Part shown: in pieces, positions 9,296 through 20,000 of the stretch
Layout: the number at the start of each line of letters is the position of its first letter
Position numbering within the stretch: position 1 is the stretch's first letter
Origin: a virus
Lineage: Duplodnaviria > Caudoviricetes
Direction: 5' to 3' (one strand)
DNA: 41,586 bases
IMG/VR virus record: IMGVR_UViG_3300003086_000041
Coordinates: 1-41,586 of that record
The notes under the pieces: generated by a model
Database searches by the model: none
What the model was told of the DNA's origin: nothing
What the model saw: the letters and a program-made list of their open reading frames with translations, nothing else
Translations under genes and position numbers: made by a program

Positions 9296-9739
9296 ATGAG
9301 TGAAGTAAAAGAGACAACCGTAAAAAGAAAGTTAAGCCTTTCGAGCCTATTGACGCCTTCTAAAACAGTAGAAGTAGATTATCCAGGCTTTCCAGGGTTT
9401 AAAATACAATTAACGTATTTAGGCCGTGATGAGCTTTTGAAATTAAGAAAAAAAGCTACAACAACGAAATTCGATCGTAAGACTCGCCAACCACTGGATG
9501 AAGTGGATGATGACGTATTCATGCAATTGTATTCTGACGCCGTGATTAACGGATGGTCAGGCTTTAAATACAAATATTTAGCACAGTTAACCCCTATTGA
9601 CGACTCCGGAGTTGATGCAACTGATACCTTAGATTATAGTTCTGATGATGCTTACATTTTAATGAAGCATTCCCCAGATTTTGATGGTTTTATTGCAGAT
9701 ACAGTAGGTGATCTTCAAAATTTTACTACGAACAGTTAG
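9296..9739 (+). CDS. Tail assembly chaperone (gpG-equivalent)
   Basis: AGGAG RBS; acidic 147-aa protein between tube and tape measure; ends just after a slippery heptamer. Confidence 0.8.
   Translation: MSEVKETTVKRKLSLSSLLTPSKTVEVDYPGFPGFKIQLTYLGRDELLKLRKKATTTKFDRKTRQPLDEVDDDVFMQLYSDAVINGWSGFKYKYLAQLTPIDDSGVDATDTLDYSSDDAYILMKHSPDFDGFIADTVGDLQNFTTNS
9718..9724 (+). other. Programmed -1 frameshift site A_AAT_TTT
   Basis: X XXY YYZ heptamer in frame (CAA AAT TTT). The -1 frame is open (FYYEQLEALTEQIGSYLRHEDIG) into ORF 9790..10101. Confidence 0.8.
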
Positions 9740-10101
9740 AAGCTCTAACTGAACAGATAGGATCCTACCTACGTCATGAAGACATAGGTATGACTCGCGA
9801 TCGTGTACTCGAAATGCATAATCAGATGGGTACAGAACCTGACGAGGATGAACTACCTCCAGATATGGATATGTTCGCTCAAGAGGTACAGGAAGCCTTT
9901 ACTATATATGGGCTACTACAAGATCGAGTAGAAGGTATGGGAACTTACTTGGGTAAGGACTATAGCTATGTACGTGATATGTTAGACGTATATGGATATG
10001 AAGATCCAAAACTTATATTGTTTTTAGTACGATACATAGATAATATCCGAGTGGATATCTATAATAAAAAACAACTTGCTAAATCAAAGTCTAAGAAATA
10101 A
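9721..10101 (+). CDS. Tail assembly chaperone extension (gpT-equivalent, read as a GT fusion)
   Basis: The frame is open from the slippery site through the ATG at 9790, immediately before the tape measure. Confidence 0.78.
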   Translation, partial: FYYEQLEALTEQIGSYLRHEDIGMTRDRVLEMHNQMGTEPDEDELPPDMDMFAQEVQEAFTIYGLLQDRVEGMGTYLGKDYSYVRDMLDVYGYEDPKLILFLVRYIDNIRVDIYNKKQLAKSKSKK

Positions 10102-10116
10102 ATAGGATAATAGTCG

Positions 10117-13100
10117 ATGGCCAGTAAGAGTAAAAACATACAAATTATTGTAACTAGTAAGGGATTAAAAGAGGTAAAAAGAGACCTCGTATCTATCCGA
10201 AAACTTACTGGCCCGGGTAAAAATAATAATATTAAGATTAACCTCAGTGTTAATCAAAAATTCTTTCAAACGTCATTACAAAAGGCGTTTAAGAATATCG
10301 CCACTAAGAAACTTAATCTTAGTATAAATCAAGCATTCTTCAATAAATCTTTAGCAAATGCAATTGCTCAGGCAGAACGCCGTGGCATTAGATTAACCGC
10401 AAATGTTATTGGAACAGGAAGAGCAAGACCAGAACAAAAAAGAGCCGAGCGTATATCTGGAGGAGCAGCTACGTCTAATATAGTTGGTGGTGTTGCTTAC
10501 CAAAGATCATCTATGATAGCTACTCAGGCTGCTACTAAGGCTCAAATAGCGGGTAACCAACTTGTTGCGAAGAACGTTCATTCAAATAAAATAGTTGCTA
10601 AGCAAGCTGAACAGGGTCGTCAAGCGACACTTAAACAGGCGTCACATTCAAAGTTTGCTAATAAACAGTTACAGAATCTAAATAGAGCTATATCTTTATT
10701 AAATAAAACTATGGAACGAGTAATTCGTTCTATGTTACAGATAGAGTTAGTAATAAAATCTAATAGTGGTGTAAAAACTGGAAACACAGAACGGCAGATA
10801 AATAGAATTAAAAGCCAAGCTAAGGTTACTCGACGAAATTTAGCATCAGCTACAGCTTTAGAGCCTTATGACCCTAGTAGTACTAATAGAAGATATGCAG
10901 GTGGCGCACCAAAACATCCATCTGTATATAGACAGGATCAAGAAGCCTATAGAATCAGAAAACAGTTAGATGCAGGGCAAGCATCTGGACAAAGATTTAC
11001 TACACTGACAGGCGGAAGACAAGTCGATACCAGAGAGGCTATTAGAGCAACTCACGAAGCAAGAAGGCTAAAGTTTGATACTGGTCAACTCGATAAAAAA
11101 GGTCAAAAGATATATCGTAACGCTGATACCTCTGAGGTTAACGCAGAACAAGTTAGAGTGGTTAAAAAGTTAGTTGCTTCTCAGAGAACTTTACAACATC
11201 ATGTAGATAAACAGAGCAAAGAATATATCGCTAGTAAACCCCCTATATACACTTCAGAAGTTATGGGGGGTAGAACATCGGGAGCGAGAGGAAGCCGTCC
11301 AGGCGGGTCTGGCGGGTCTGGCGGGTCTGGTGGCGGAGGTGGTGGTCGTGGTCGTAGTATAACTGGTGCTGATCCATATAAAAGAAATAGAGGTATCATA
11401 GGTACTAAAGGCGGGGGCGGAGACTTTTCGCATATGGCATCTGGAATGGGTGGCTTTGTTGGTATGTATGCTGAAGTTGCAGCTAAGACTTTCGCCTTAG
11501 GAGCCGCATTTAGAGCTCTAAAAGAAGCTGCTGATTTTGGTGTGCTTATTGATGGTATGAAAGCCTATGAGGCAGCATCTGGAGCATCTTTATTATCTGT
11601 AGCCAAAAGAGTACAAGAAATTACTCAACACACTATAGGACTTAAGCAGGCATCACAAGGTGTAACTATGTCTATAGCTGCTGGGTTTGACTCAACTCAA
11701 ATTGAAGCTATGGCAACAGCAGCCAAGAATGCAGGACTAGCCCTAGGGCGAGACTTGGGTGATGCTTTCGACAGAATTACCAAAGGTGTAACAAAAGCAG
11801 AGCCAGAATTATTAGACGAATTAGGAATTATATTACGTCTTGAAACTGCCTCTAAAAAATATGCTAAAACAATAAGAAATTTAGACGGTAGTATAGGTAA
11901 AAATGTTAAAGAACTAACTACTTATGAGAAGCAACAAGCTGTATTAAACGAAGTTATAACTCAAGCTGAAAATAAGTTTGGCTTATTAGGCAAGCAGATG
12001 GAAGGTAAAGCTAACTCTTTATCAGCAATATCAGCTGCTTTAACAGATACAGCTCTTAAAGCGGGTAATTTCGCGCTAGACTTTGATATAATATTTGGAA
12101 TAGCTAGTATTAAAGATGTAGTAAAATTCTTTTCTGAGAATGCTACAGCAGTAATCGCAGCTTTTTCTGGGTTAGCTATATTTTTACTAAAGAATATGAT
12201 ACCCCAGGTAGGAAAATTTACTAATAAGTATTCTGATGCTGCAAGTAGGTTTGCAGCAGATTCTCATGCTATGGCAGTATCAGCTAAAAATAGTGGAACT
12301 ACATTCCAAAGCTTTGCTAAACAAATGAATACCATGGGAACAGGTGCTGCATTCTACTCTACTATAGAGGATATGGGTGTTAATGTAACAAACGCAGAAG
12401 GTCTCATAGTAAATAAGTTTGATAATATTACTAATGCGTACAGAAATCTATTAAGTGAAGGGGGCGTGAATAATGCCCAAGCGATGCGCCACCTAACGGA
12501 TGTAGCTGGCGGAGATGTTGCAAATATGTTGGTAGATTCTGCAGATAAGGTCAACATGTCTAAACTTGACCTAGCTAATGATCCATTTGCGGGTACTAGG
12601 GATGTGCAGAAGGCAATGAGTTCTTCCCTAATGAGTAATGTCGATGGATTAATAGGGGATATGGAAACTACCGGCAGAAGAGTCGGCACCCTTATTGATG
12701 AAGGCATGGGCATTGAGATGGATGTAACCAGACGAGGACTAAAAGATCTAAGGATGCAAATGCTTAGAACGGTAGATCCGAAAGCATATGCTAAGCAGTT
12801 AGCAGAGATGGAAAGTGCTGTAACTGGATCATCATCAAGCTGGGCCAGAAATATGGAAGGCAAAGTTAGATCCCGTATGGCTTTTAATGCCAAAAAAGCG
12901 GGTTTACGAGCAGCAGGTAAATTTGAAGTTCAACAAGCATTTCAACATGAAGGAACTTCTGCAGGGTGGCAAGAAGCAAGTTACCAAGCTAAAAGGTATG
13001 GCAAAGAGATGGATAAGCTATATAAGGCTGAAGGCAAAAAAATGAACTTGTATCATAAAGCCCTAAAGTCTATGGGCAAAGCGAATATTAGGTTCGGCTC

Positions 13101-16100
13101 ACAAATTGCTTCTCTTGGTCGTGGTATAATGTCAGGGGGTATGAAAGCTATGCAAGCTGTAGCTATATACACCATGCTTGAAGCAGCTGTAAAAGGTATA
13201 TCTAAAGCATTCGGTTTCACTACTGACGTTATTAGTAAGGCTATTTCAGGTGCTAATGCTTTTGGGGAAGAATTAGACGCTCAACAAGAAAAATGGATAG
13301 GGTACTCTAATCAGTTAAATCTATTCACTAATAGTTTAGAGGGAATAGGTAAAGCAGCTGGTCAAGAAGCTAGTAGTTTAGAGAGTTTTTCTAACTCATT
13401 AACTACTATGTCTGTTAAGTGGGGTCAGGCAATTGATAAAATGACAGCTGGTGATAAAGTAGGCGAAGTCTTCTCAGAGATGGTATTCTGGTCAGATAGT
13501 ATGTCAGAGTCAATGGATGAGCAAACTAAAAAGTTTATTGATACGGTAAAAACTTCTGGGCACTTAAAAGCAATTGCGTCAGCATTGAGTATAGATATAG
13601 ATAGTATAACACTTTTTGATTCTAAAGGTAGACTAACTAAGGATCTGGCCAGATTTCAAGAAGAGACAAAAAAGGTCTCTGCAAGCTCTAGAAATTTAGA
13701 ATCGAACATTAAAGACTTAGCTCTAGCATTTCAAGGCTTAGGAGACGCTCAGTCTGAGTTTGCAAAAGGATTGCTAACATCTACTAAGTTTGATACTTTA
13801 GTAGATCAGTCAAAAGGGTTGAAAAAAACTTTTGAGGATACATTCTATAATGAACAATCAATAATGGCCTTTGAAGGCACATTAGATAGAGCCGTAGAAG
13901 CAGTAAAAGAATTTAAAGATACTTTAGGAAATCTTAGTTTTGAGATTGATCTAGTAAAAGTTTCTCCTAGTACTGGTAAGGATATTATAGGGTTATTAGG
14001 AAAAGATTTAGAACGAGTTACAGAGTTACAGAAACAGTTGCCGTCGTTTTCGGAAGGTATATTTGCCCCTAATGAATCTTTTGTTAAGACTAAAGCAATA
14101 AATCAGGAAATTCATGAAGTACTGTCAAAAGCTAATGTACAGAGGCAACAAGAGGGAGTAGCTAGCCAGCTAAAAGATTCATTATTACCTCAACTTAAGA
14201 GAACTGCCTTTAAACATATACCTGAGGAAGAATGGAATAAGGTATCTAAAGCTATCCTTGCAAGTATTCATACTAAAATTGCCGATGCTGCAGCTGCTCA
14301 AAGAGCAGAGCAGTTTGCCAATATGCAGTCTGGCAATACTATGAGTGGGATCGCCAGTCTTGAGTCGTTATCAAGTGATGCTTTAGAACTATTAGTAAAA
14401 GATGCTGTAGGTAAACAAATTACTCCTGATATGATTAAGCAGGGTATGTGGAAAAGTGCTATAGCAAGCCAAATTGAGGGTCTGAGCATAGAGCTACAAT
14501 CAGCGCTGGAGACACTATTACTAGAATCTGGTAGATTTCTTAAAGATGAAAAAGAAGGGTTCCTATCAAGAATACATGAAACTGTAGATAGTAAACTATC
14601 ATTTACGGAAGCAAAGGATACAATTAGAGAGGCTATTGTACTTTATGATGACTTTGTAAAAAATGCCCAAAGACAATTTAGATACTTACAGGGTGAAATA
14701 GATCTCATGGCTTCTGCTATGACAAGGTTAAAGGGTACTGGAACATCTACAGATTTAATCAAATCTTTAAATATAGAAAGTAAAATACTAGATAGTAAGC
14801 AAGCTCAGTTCCGTCTAACAATTAAAACTCTAAGATTGAGTAAACGTACAAAAGAAAATCAAGAAGCTATTGCTCAAGAACAAAAGAAAATCGCAGACTT
14901 AGAGCTTAATAGGTTATCTGAAGCTCAAATAATACATCAAGGTATTACTACAGAAATTAAGTATCAGTATAGCATATACGAAAAGAATCTTGGGCTGATT
15001 ACTGATATGGTAACGGCGCTAGAGTCTATAGGTAGCATAAATAAGTCTCAAGTAGCACATCTAAACTTTGTGTCTACTAAACAAACATCCATTAATTCTG
15101 CAATTAAGGACTGGTTAGATATACATACTAAGTATCAGAAAGATTTGAAATCTCCTGAAGCTGATAAAGTAAAGTTACTTGAAGCTTACACATCTGCTAA
15201 TAAGATAGTAGGGGAGCGACTTACTAATATTGTTAAAATTGCAAAGATAGAGAGGGATTCTTCTTACTTAGATCATAAATTAGACCTATACAATAAAATG
15301 GTAGATAGAGCTAGTGCTCTATTAGATATACAAAAAGAACTATCAGGTGTGCATGATGCCAATGCTAGTACTACCGAATCTCTAGCAATTATTAGTGCTA
15401 GGGAATCAGACCTTGCAAAAGAAAGACTTGATTCTATGAGGGCAACTACTGAGCTAACTGAGAGGCATACACTTGCTCTACAGAATGCTGTGGGTAGTAC
15501 TACAGACTTAACTAAATGGTATAAATTAGAGAAAGCTCATATGGCTTTCATGCTAACTACTAGAGAGGAACTTATAAGTCTACAGGCATTAGCAGCACTA
15601 AATACCCTTAAAGAATCTTCTTCTCTTGAGAGTATAAATAGGCACTTAGTTGCTCAAGAAGAACTAAATAATGCTAAACTTACTAGTAGTCTTCATGTTA
15701 ATAATATTAAAGCTAGAGAAAATAGATTATCTAATATTAAGAAGAAGTTTGATATTAAGGCTTTACAGCATGAACATAATGTACTAAAAATTAGAGATAA
15801 ACTAGAAAATCTAGAATTAACATCTTGGGAAAGACAGAATCTAATTAGAGATATTGATTCTGAAATCCTAGAGATGGAGAAAGAAAAGGTAGAAGTTTTA
15901 GAGGAATACGTAGAGGGGCTAAAAGCTGCTCACGAAGCAAAAAAGAGAATAGGCGAAGCATCTTTAGATGATGAGCTATACTATAGAATTAAAGAAATGC
16001 AAGAGGCTATGCCTAGTGCTATCGATTCAGCTGCCAATGTAATGATAGGGTCTATTAATACTGCTGTAGATATGATGGCAGAAAATATTAAGGAAGGCGA

Positions 16101-17004
16101 AGGAGCCTTCGGTGCGGGCGGATTTGAAAATTTTGCGGCTAAGCAATGGCGAGCTGCTGGAGATACACTTATAGACTCTGCAGCTGAGAAAATGAAAGTG
16201 GCTTCAGCCAAGTTAATGTTAGGCTCTACTTACATTACTCCAGAAGAAAAAGCAGTACAAGCACTAAAGAAACAAGACATTGGAAATAACTATTTATTAG
16301 ATATTTCTGCGACTCTAAAAGCTATCAGAGATAGAAGGGTTGACATATCTAATCAGACAGGCACTACTATTAATGGTGTAGAGGATTTTTACGCAAAAAA
16401 TAAGAATAAGAAAGTATTTGACCAATTCGTGCCAACAACTAAGTCTGAATTTTTAACAAATGCTATATTAGCGGCCGAAACTACAGGCGATAGAATTGCT
16501 GATACTTTAGAAAAGCTAGTTGATATTATGGATACTATGAGATTAAATAAATCTCTAGATAATACTCCAAGCTGGTTAGGTGTTGCAGACAACCTTATGT
16601 CAAATGAGGATCGCGCCTTAGCAGTAGCTCTAGATGTACAAGCAGAATCAATTTTTAAAGCACAAGATAATTTCAATGCTCAGTGGGATGCGATGGAGCA
16701 CCGTCTAAATACTACTCCAAGCTGGTTAGGTGAGCCAACAAACAATCTTATGTCAAATGAGGCGCGTGCTGCAGCAGTAGCAGCTGATAAAGCAGCGAAA
16801 GTATCAGCAGCTAGAGCAGCGGAAGAAGAATATTTAGATCTTGCGATGTTCCAAGCTGAATTCGACCAAGAACAGATGGAGGCTCAGGCTAATATAGAGC
16901 GATTCATAGAGTCTCTAGGTTACTCAATGGATAGAGTTATAAGCTTGGGTAATAAAGGGAAAACAGCTACAGAAGTAATAACTAATTATACAGATAAGTT
17001 ATAG
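10117..17004 (+). CDS. Tape measure protein, N-terminal part (T5 pb2-like)
   Basis: LGRDLGDAFDRITKGVTKAEPELLDELGIILRL resembles pb2; long helical Ala/Lys/Glu-rich sequence; hydrophobic segment AVIAAFSGLAIFLL. Confidence 0.88.
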   Translation: MASKSKNIQIIVTSKGLKEVKRDLVSIRKLTGPGKNNNIKINLSVNQKFFQTSLQKAFKNIATKKLNLSINQAFFNKSLANAIAQAERRGIRLTANVIGTGRARPEQKRAERISGGAATSNIVGGVAYQRSSMIATQAATKAQIAGNQLVAKNVHSNKIVAKQAEQGRQATLKQASHSKFANKQLQNLNRAISLLNKTMERVIRSMLQIELVIKSNSGVKTGNTERQINRIKSQAKVTRRNLASATALEPYDPSSTNRRYAGGAPKHPSVYRQDQEAYRIRKQLDAGQASGQRFTTLTGGRQVDTREAIRATHEARRLKFDTGQLDKKGQKIYRNADTSEVNAEQVRVVKKLVASQRTLQHHVDKQSKEYIASKPPIYTSEVMGGRTSGARGSRPGGSGGSGGSGGGGGGRGRSITGADPYKRNRGIIGTKGGGGDFSHMASGMGGFVGMYAEVAAKTFALGAAFRALKEAADFGVLIDGMKAYEAASGASLLSVAKRVQEITQHTIGLKQASQGVTMSIAAGFDSTQIEAMATAAKNAGLALGRDLGDAFDRITKGVTKAEPELLDELGIILRLETASKKYAKTIRNLDGSIGKNVKELTTYEKQQAVLNEVITQAENKFGLLGKQMEGKANSLSAISAALTDTALKAGNFALDFDIIFGIASIKDVVKFFSENATAVIAAFSGLAIFLLKNMIPQVGKFTNKYSDAASRFAADSHAMAVSAKNSGTTFQSFAKQMNTMGTGAAFYSTIEDMGVNVTNAEGLIVNKFDNITNAYRNLLSEGGVNNAQAMRHLTDVAGGDVANMLVDSADKVNMSKLDLANDPFAGTRDVQKAMSSSLMSNVDGLIGDMETTGRRVGTLIDEGMGIEMDVTRRGLKDLRMQMLRTVDPKAYAKQLAEMESAVTGSSSSWARNMEGKVRSRMAFNAKKAGLRAAGKFEVQQAFQHEGTSAGWQEASYQAKRYGKEMDKLYKAEGKKMNLYHKALKSMGKANIRFGSQIASLGRGIMSGGMKAMQAVAIYTMLEAAVKGISKAFGFTTDVISKAISGANAFGEELDAQQEKWIGYSNQLNLFTNSLEGIGKAAGQEASSLESFSNSLTTMSVKWGQAIDKMTAGDKVGEVFSEMVFWSDSMSESMDEQTKKFIDTVKTSGHLKAIASALSIDIDSITLFDSKGRLTKDLARFQEETKKVSASSRNLESNIKDLALAFQGLGDAQSEFAKGLLTSTKFDTLVDQSKGLKKTFEDTFYNEQSIMAFEGTLDRAVEAVKEFKDTLGNLSFEIDLVKVSPSTGKDIIGLLGKDLERVTELQKQLPSFSEGIFAPNESFVKTKAINQEIHEVLSKANVQRQQEGVASQLKDSLLPQLKRTAFKHIPEEEWNKVSKAILASIHTKIADAAAAQRAEQFANMQSGNTMSGIASLESLSSDALELLVKDAVGKQITPDMIKQGMWKSAIASQIEGLSIELQSALETLLLESGRFLKDEKEGFLSRIHETVDSKLSFTEAKDTIREAIVLYDDFVKNAQRQFRYLQGEIDLMASAMTRLKGTGTSTDLIKSLNIESKILDSKQAQFRLTIKTLRLSKRTKENQEAIAQEQKKIADLELNRLSEAQIIHQGITTEIKYQYSIYEKNLGLITDMVTALESIGSINKSQVAHLNFVSTKQTSINSAIKDWLDIHTKYQKDLKSPEADKVKLLEAYTSANKIVGERLTNIVKIAKIERDSSYLDHKLDLYNKMVDRASALLDIQKELSGVHDANASTTESLAIISARESDLAKERLDSMRATTELTERHTLALQNAVGSTTDLTKWYKLEKAHMAFMLTTREELISLQALAALNTLKESSSLESINRHLVAQEELNNAKLTSSLHVNNIKARENRLSNIKKKFDIKALQHEHNVLKIRDKLENLELTSWERQNLIRDIDSEILEMEKEKVEVLEEYVEGLKAAHEAKKRIGEASLDDELYYRIKEMQEAMPSAIDSAANVMIGSINTAVDMMAENIKEGEGAFGAGGFENFAAKQWRAAGDTLIDSAAEKMKVASAKLMLGSTYITPEEKAVQALKKQDIGNNYLLDISATLKAIRDRRVDISNQTGTTINGVEDFYAKNKNKKVFDQFVPTTKSEFLTNAILAAETTGDRIADTLEKLVDIMDTMRLNKSLDNTPSWLGVADNLMSNEDRALAVALDVQAESIFKAQDNFNAQWDAMEHRLNTTPSWLGEPTNNLMSNEARAAAVAADKAAKVSAARAAEEEYLDLAMFQAEFDQEQMEAQANIERFIESLGYSMDRVISLGNKGKTATEVITNYTDKL
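11302..11352 (+). repeat. GGCGGGTCT x3 / poly-Gly linker
   Basis: Tandem 9-mer encoding [15 protein letters not shown]. Confidence 0.85.
16561..16782 (+). repeat. Imperfect direct repeat TPSWLG..NLMSNE.RA.AVA (two copies, 150 nt apart)
   Basis: TACTCCAAGCTGGTTAGGTG at 16563 and 16713; CTTATGTCAAATGAGG in both copies. Confidence 0.85.
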
Positions 17005-17074
17005 GGAACATGAACGGTACAATAATAACCTTGCAGAACTTAAACAATTCTTACATGGTGCTGTAAACGAAGAA

Positions 17075-20000
17075 ATGGGTAGTGGCTTTATGGGCTTCAA
17101 TCCTATGAAGACTGTGGCCCATAGTATGTTGACTAGTGAAATGGGTCAATACAATGACCCTAATATAGTAAATTCGGGTATGCTTGCTAATACTAGAGCA
17201 ATGATGGCGGATAAGATGTCTGGACAGGTATCCCCAGATAAGATAGCATATATTTTAGATAGGTTCGATAGATTCGCAGCACAATTCGATAATTACAAAG
17301 CAGCTGTAGATAATTATACAGAGAAGTTACTGGCACCAACAGTCGTTATACCATCTATACCCTTAGAAAAGCCCAAGTATAACGCTCTGCCTAGTGCATC
17401 TGATCTTAACCATAATCCTACTTGGCAAGACAGAGATGATAACAATAGAGGCGCAGAATTTTATGCACATGGTGGGCATGTGTCAGGATTAGGCGGCCCT
17501 ACAGATGATTCAGTAGCCGCATGGCTATCTAATGGAGAGTTTGTTGTTAATGCAGACGCCGCTCAAAGAAATAGAGCTTTCTTAAATATTATTAATGAAG
17601 GTGGTAAGATACCTGGATTCTATGAAGGAACCAGACCAGATAGTTATTTAGGTGGAGGTATTTTTGATGCTGTAGACCCTCAAGTAACTAGAGTATTGAG
17701 AGAAGTAGCCGGGCATGTGCTTACTATAAGTACCTTATTAAAAGACCAGGTAGGCTACTCTGTTCGCGCAATTGATGATTTATCTAGAGAATTAGTATTC
17801 GATTTAGTATCTGTTATAGAATTCGAATTAGGAATCCCTATGGGAGAATTCATGAGTTTCATCTCTACAGAGATGTCTCCTACATTAGATAAATTAAATA
17901 TTACACTAGACACTATTAATACTGAGTTTACTAGTGCGTCTAAGACTTATGACACAATCACTACTCCAAGTGAGTGGTTCTCTCCAAGTGAGTGGTTCTC
18001 TCCTAAAGCAGGCGACCTACCTCATAATAAATTTGCAGCAGGTGGTCGTATTTCAGGCCCAGGGGGCCCTAAAGAGGATAAGATCCCTGCCTGGTTATCT
18101 AATGGAGAGTATGTTATTAATGCAGCCTCTACTAAAAAGTATGGACCATTAGTAAAATCCATCAATGACGATACTCTGAATCTAGCTGCTGGTGGAAGAT
18201 CAGATAAGAGTAAATATGCTAAATTTGCAGAGGGAGGCATTGCTAAATTTGCAGATGGTGGTTCATTTGATTGGATGAAATCTCTTCAAAAAACAAACGT
18301 AAATGATGCTGTTCAAAGACTAGCAGATAAAATGAATATAAATAATGTCATAAAGAATGATGACGTTATGCGAAATACTAGTGGAAAGATGCACAAAGCT
18401 GGTCCAAACTTTAAAACTTTTAAAGGGGCAAGTTGGTGGGTAAACAAAGAAGGACAAAGAGTTCGTAATGTAGGGAAGCCATACGGTAATTGGCAAGAGG
18501 GTATGAAGTGGAAAGGTGGAAGTGCAGGAGCTCATAGATTTGGGCCTTTCAGTACAGGCAACCCTTACGCGGGTACTCCTCCAAACCTTAATATGCATGA
18601 AGTCGGTACTGCCACTAATAGAAATAAGCCAGTATCAATACTAAATCAATATGACAAAAAACCTGATGGGACCGCTAAATATGCCAAAGGGTTTAAAAGT
18701 GTATCTGACGAAAAGAAAGCAGCACTAATAATATACGATAAGCTAATGGCAGGAAAGGACCCATATAGAGGTAAGTCCCTTATGGTTCCAAACCCTGTAT
18801 CACATCAAGGTATTGTAGCAAAAAGTGCCAAAGGAGTACAGTTTGCCAAAGGTTTAGCGCAGGAAAGGAGAATTTGGACTAAAGGATTTGCTAAAAAAGC
18901 AGCTGGATCTTTAGTTGGTTTACCTCTTGCGGGAGGACTTGGCATAGCTGAGCTTATAAACATACTAGTAGGTAACCCATTCGTGGATGAGCCTAGAAGT
19001 GTTATGCAAGGATTTGCAGGTGGCGGACTAATATCTGACTTCTTCCTTGGTAAACAAGCGAATGCTATTAATATAACACCTGGTTGGGGACCATTCGGTG
19101 AACGATTAATGCCAGGTGGCGTTGGACGTGGTATAATGCCGAGTGGTGGGGGTGGAAGGTCTTCAGGTATTCCCCCATTACCAAACGGTAGAATTACTAT
19201 CGCCCATAGAGGGAATATGACTAGGGAAGAGTACAAAACCCTCAGACAACAAGTAGACTCTAGGAACGGCGTATTTGTACCAGGACTTCAACCATGGGAT
19301 ATGGCTCAGAGACGGTCGGCTGCTAGATTGGATATGTGGAAATCGATACACAGCCATGGATCATTTGCCAATGGAGGTCCAGTAGGTAACGCGGAAAGAT
19401 TCGTTAGAGGCATGGATTGGAATATTATGGGGTGGGAGGACGATGTCGTACCTAAAGATCCAATGGGGTTACATAAATATGGTTTCTCTTCTAAATCTAG
19501 AGGTAAGAATGATCTTAATGATAGACTTAAGCTATCTTTCGAAGGGCTAGATCCAGATGCTATGGCTAATAAAGCTCCTTTCTTCTTTCTAGGAAATCCA
19601 GGACAAGACCCTATATTCGCACTAAGAGGGCGACTGGCAGGGGGTAATATCCGTGGAGTTGCAGAACAGGGTTGGGATGAAGATGGTAACTGGGCTAAGA
19701 TAGCTACATATTTTTCAAGTATAGAAGGTGATATGGTGCGTACTATGGCGCATGAAACTGGTCATTTTCTCCCTTCGGCCCAACTTGGCTGGAAAGAGGT
19801 ATTTGGGGATAAAATAGATATATCTTGGTTCAAGCATTTAGCAACAGATAAAAATGATAAAGGTGGAACTAAAGAAGATAGAAAAATGAACCATGCGTTT
19901 ACTTACCGTGAAGACCAGATAGGTAGGGAACTTATTGCACGTACTAGAGAAAGAATGGCAGTATCCCCTATGGGAACAAGCATTAAAGATCTGGTTCCTG

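Noticed and set aside
6243-17004. Stop-codon reassignment or readthrough as the cause of the split genes
   Set aside because: Both breaks require a frame change, and TAA, TAG and TGA all terminate genuine genes in this window.
17964-18003. 18-bp tandem duplication as a regulatory site or target-site duplication
   Set aside because: It is in frame with nothing inserted between the copies, and is most simply replication slippage.
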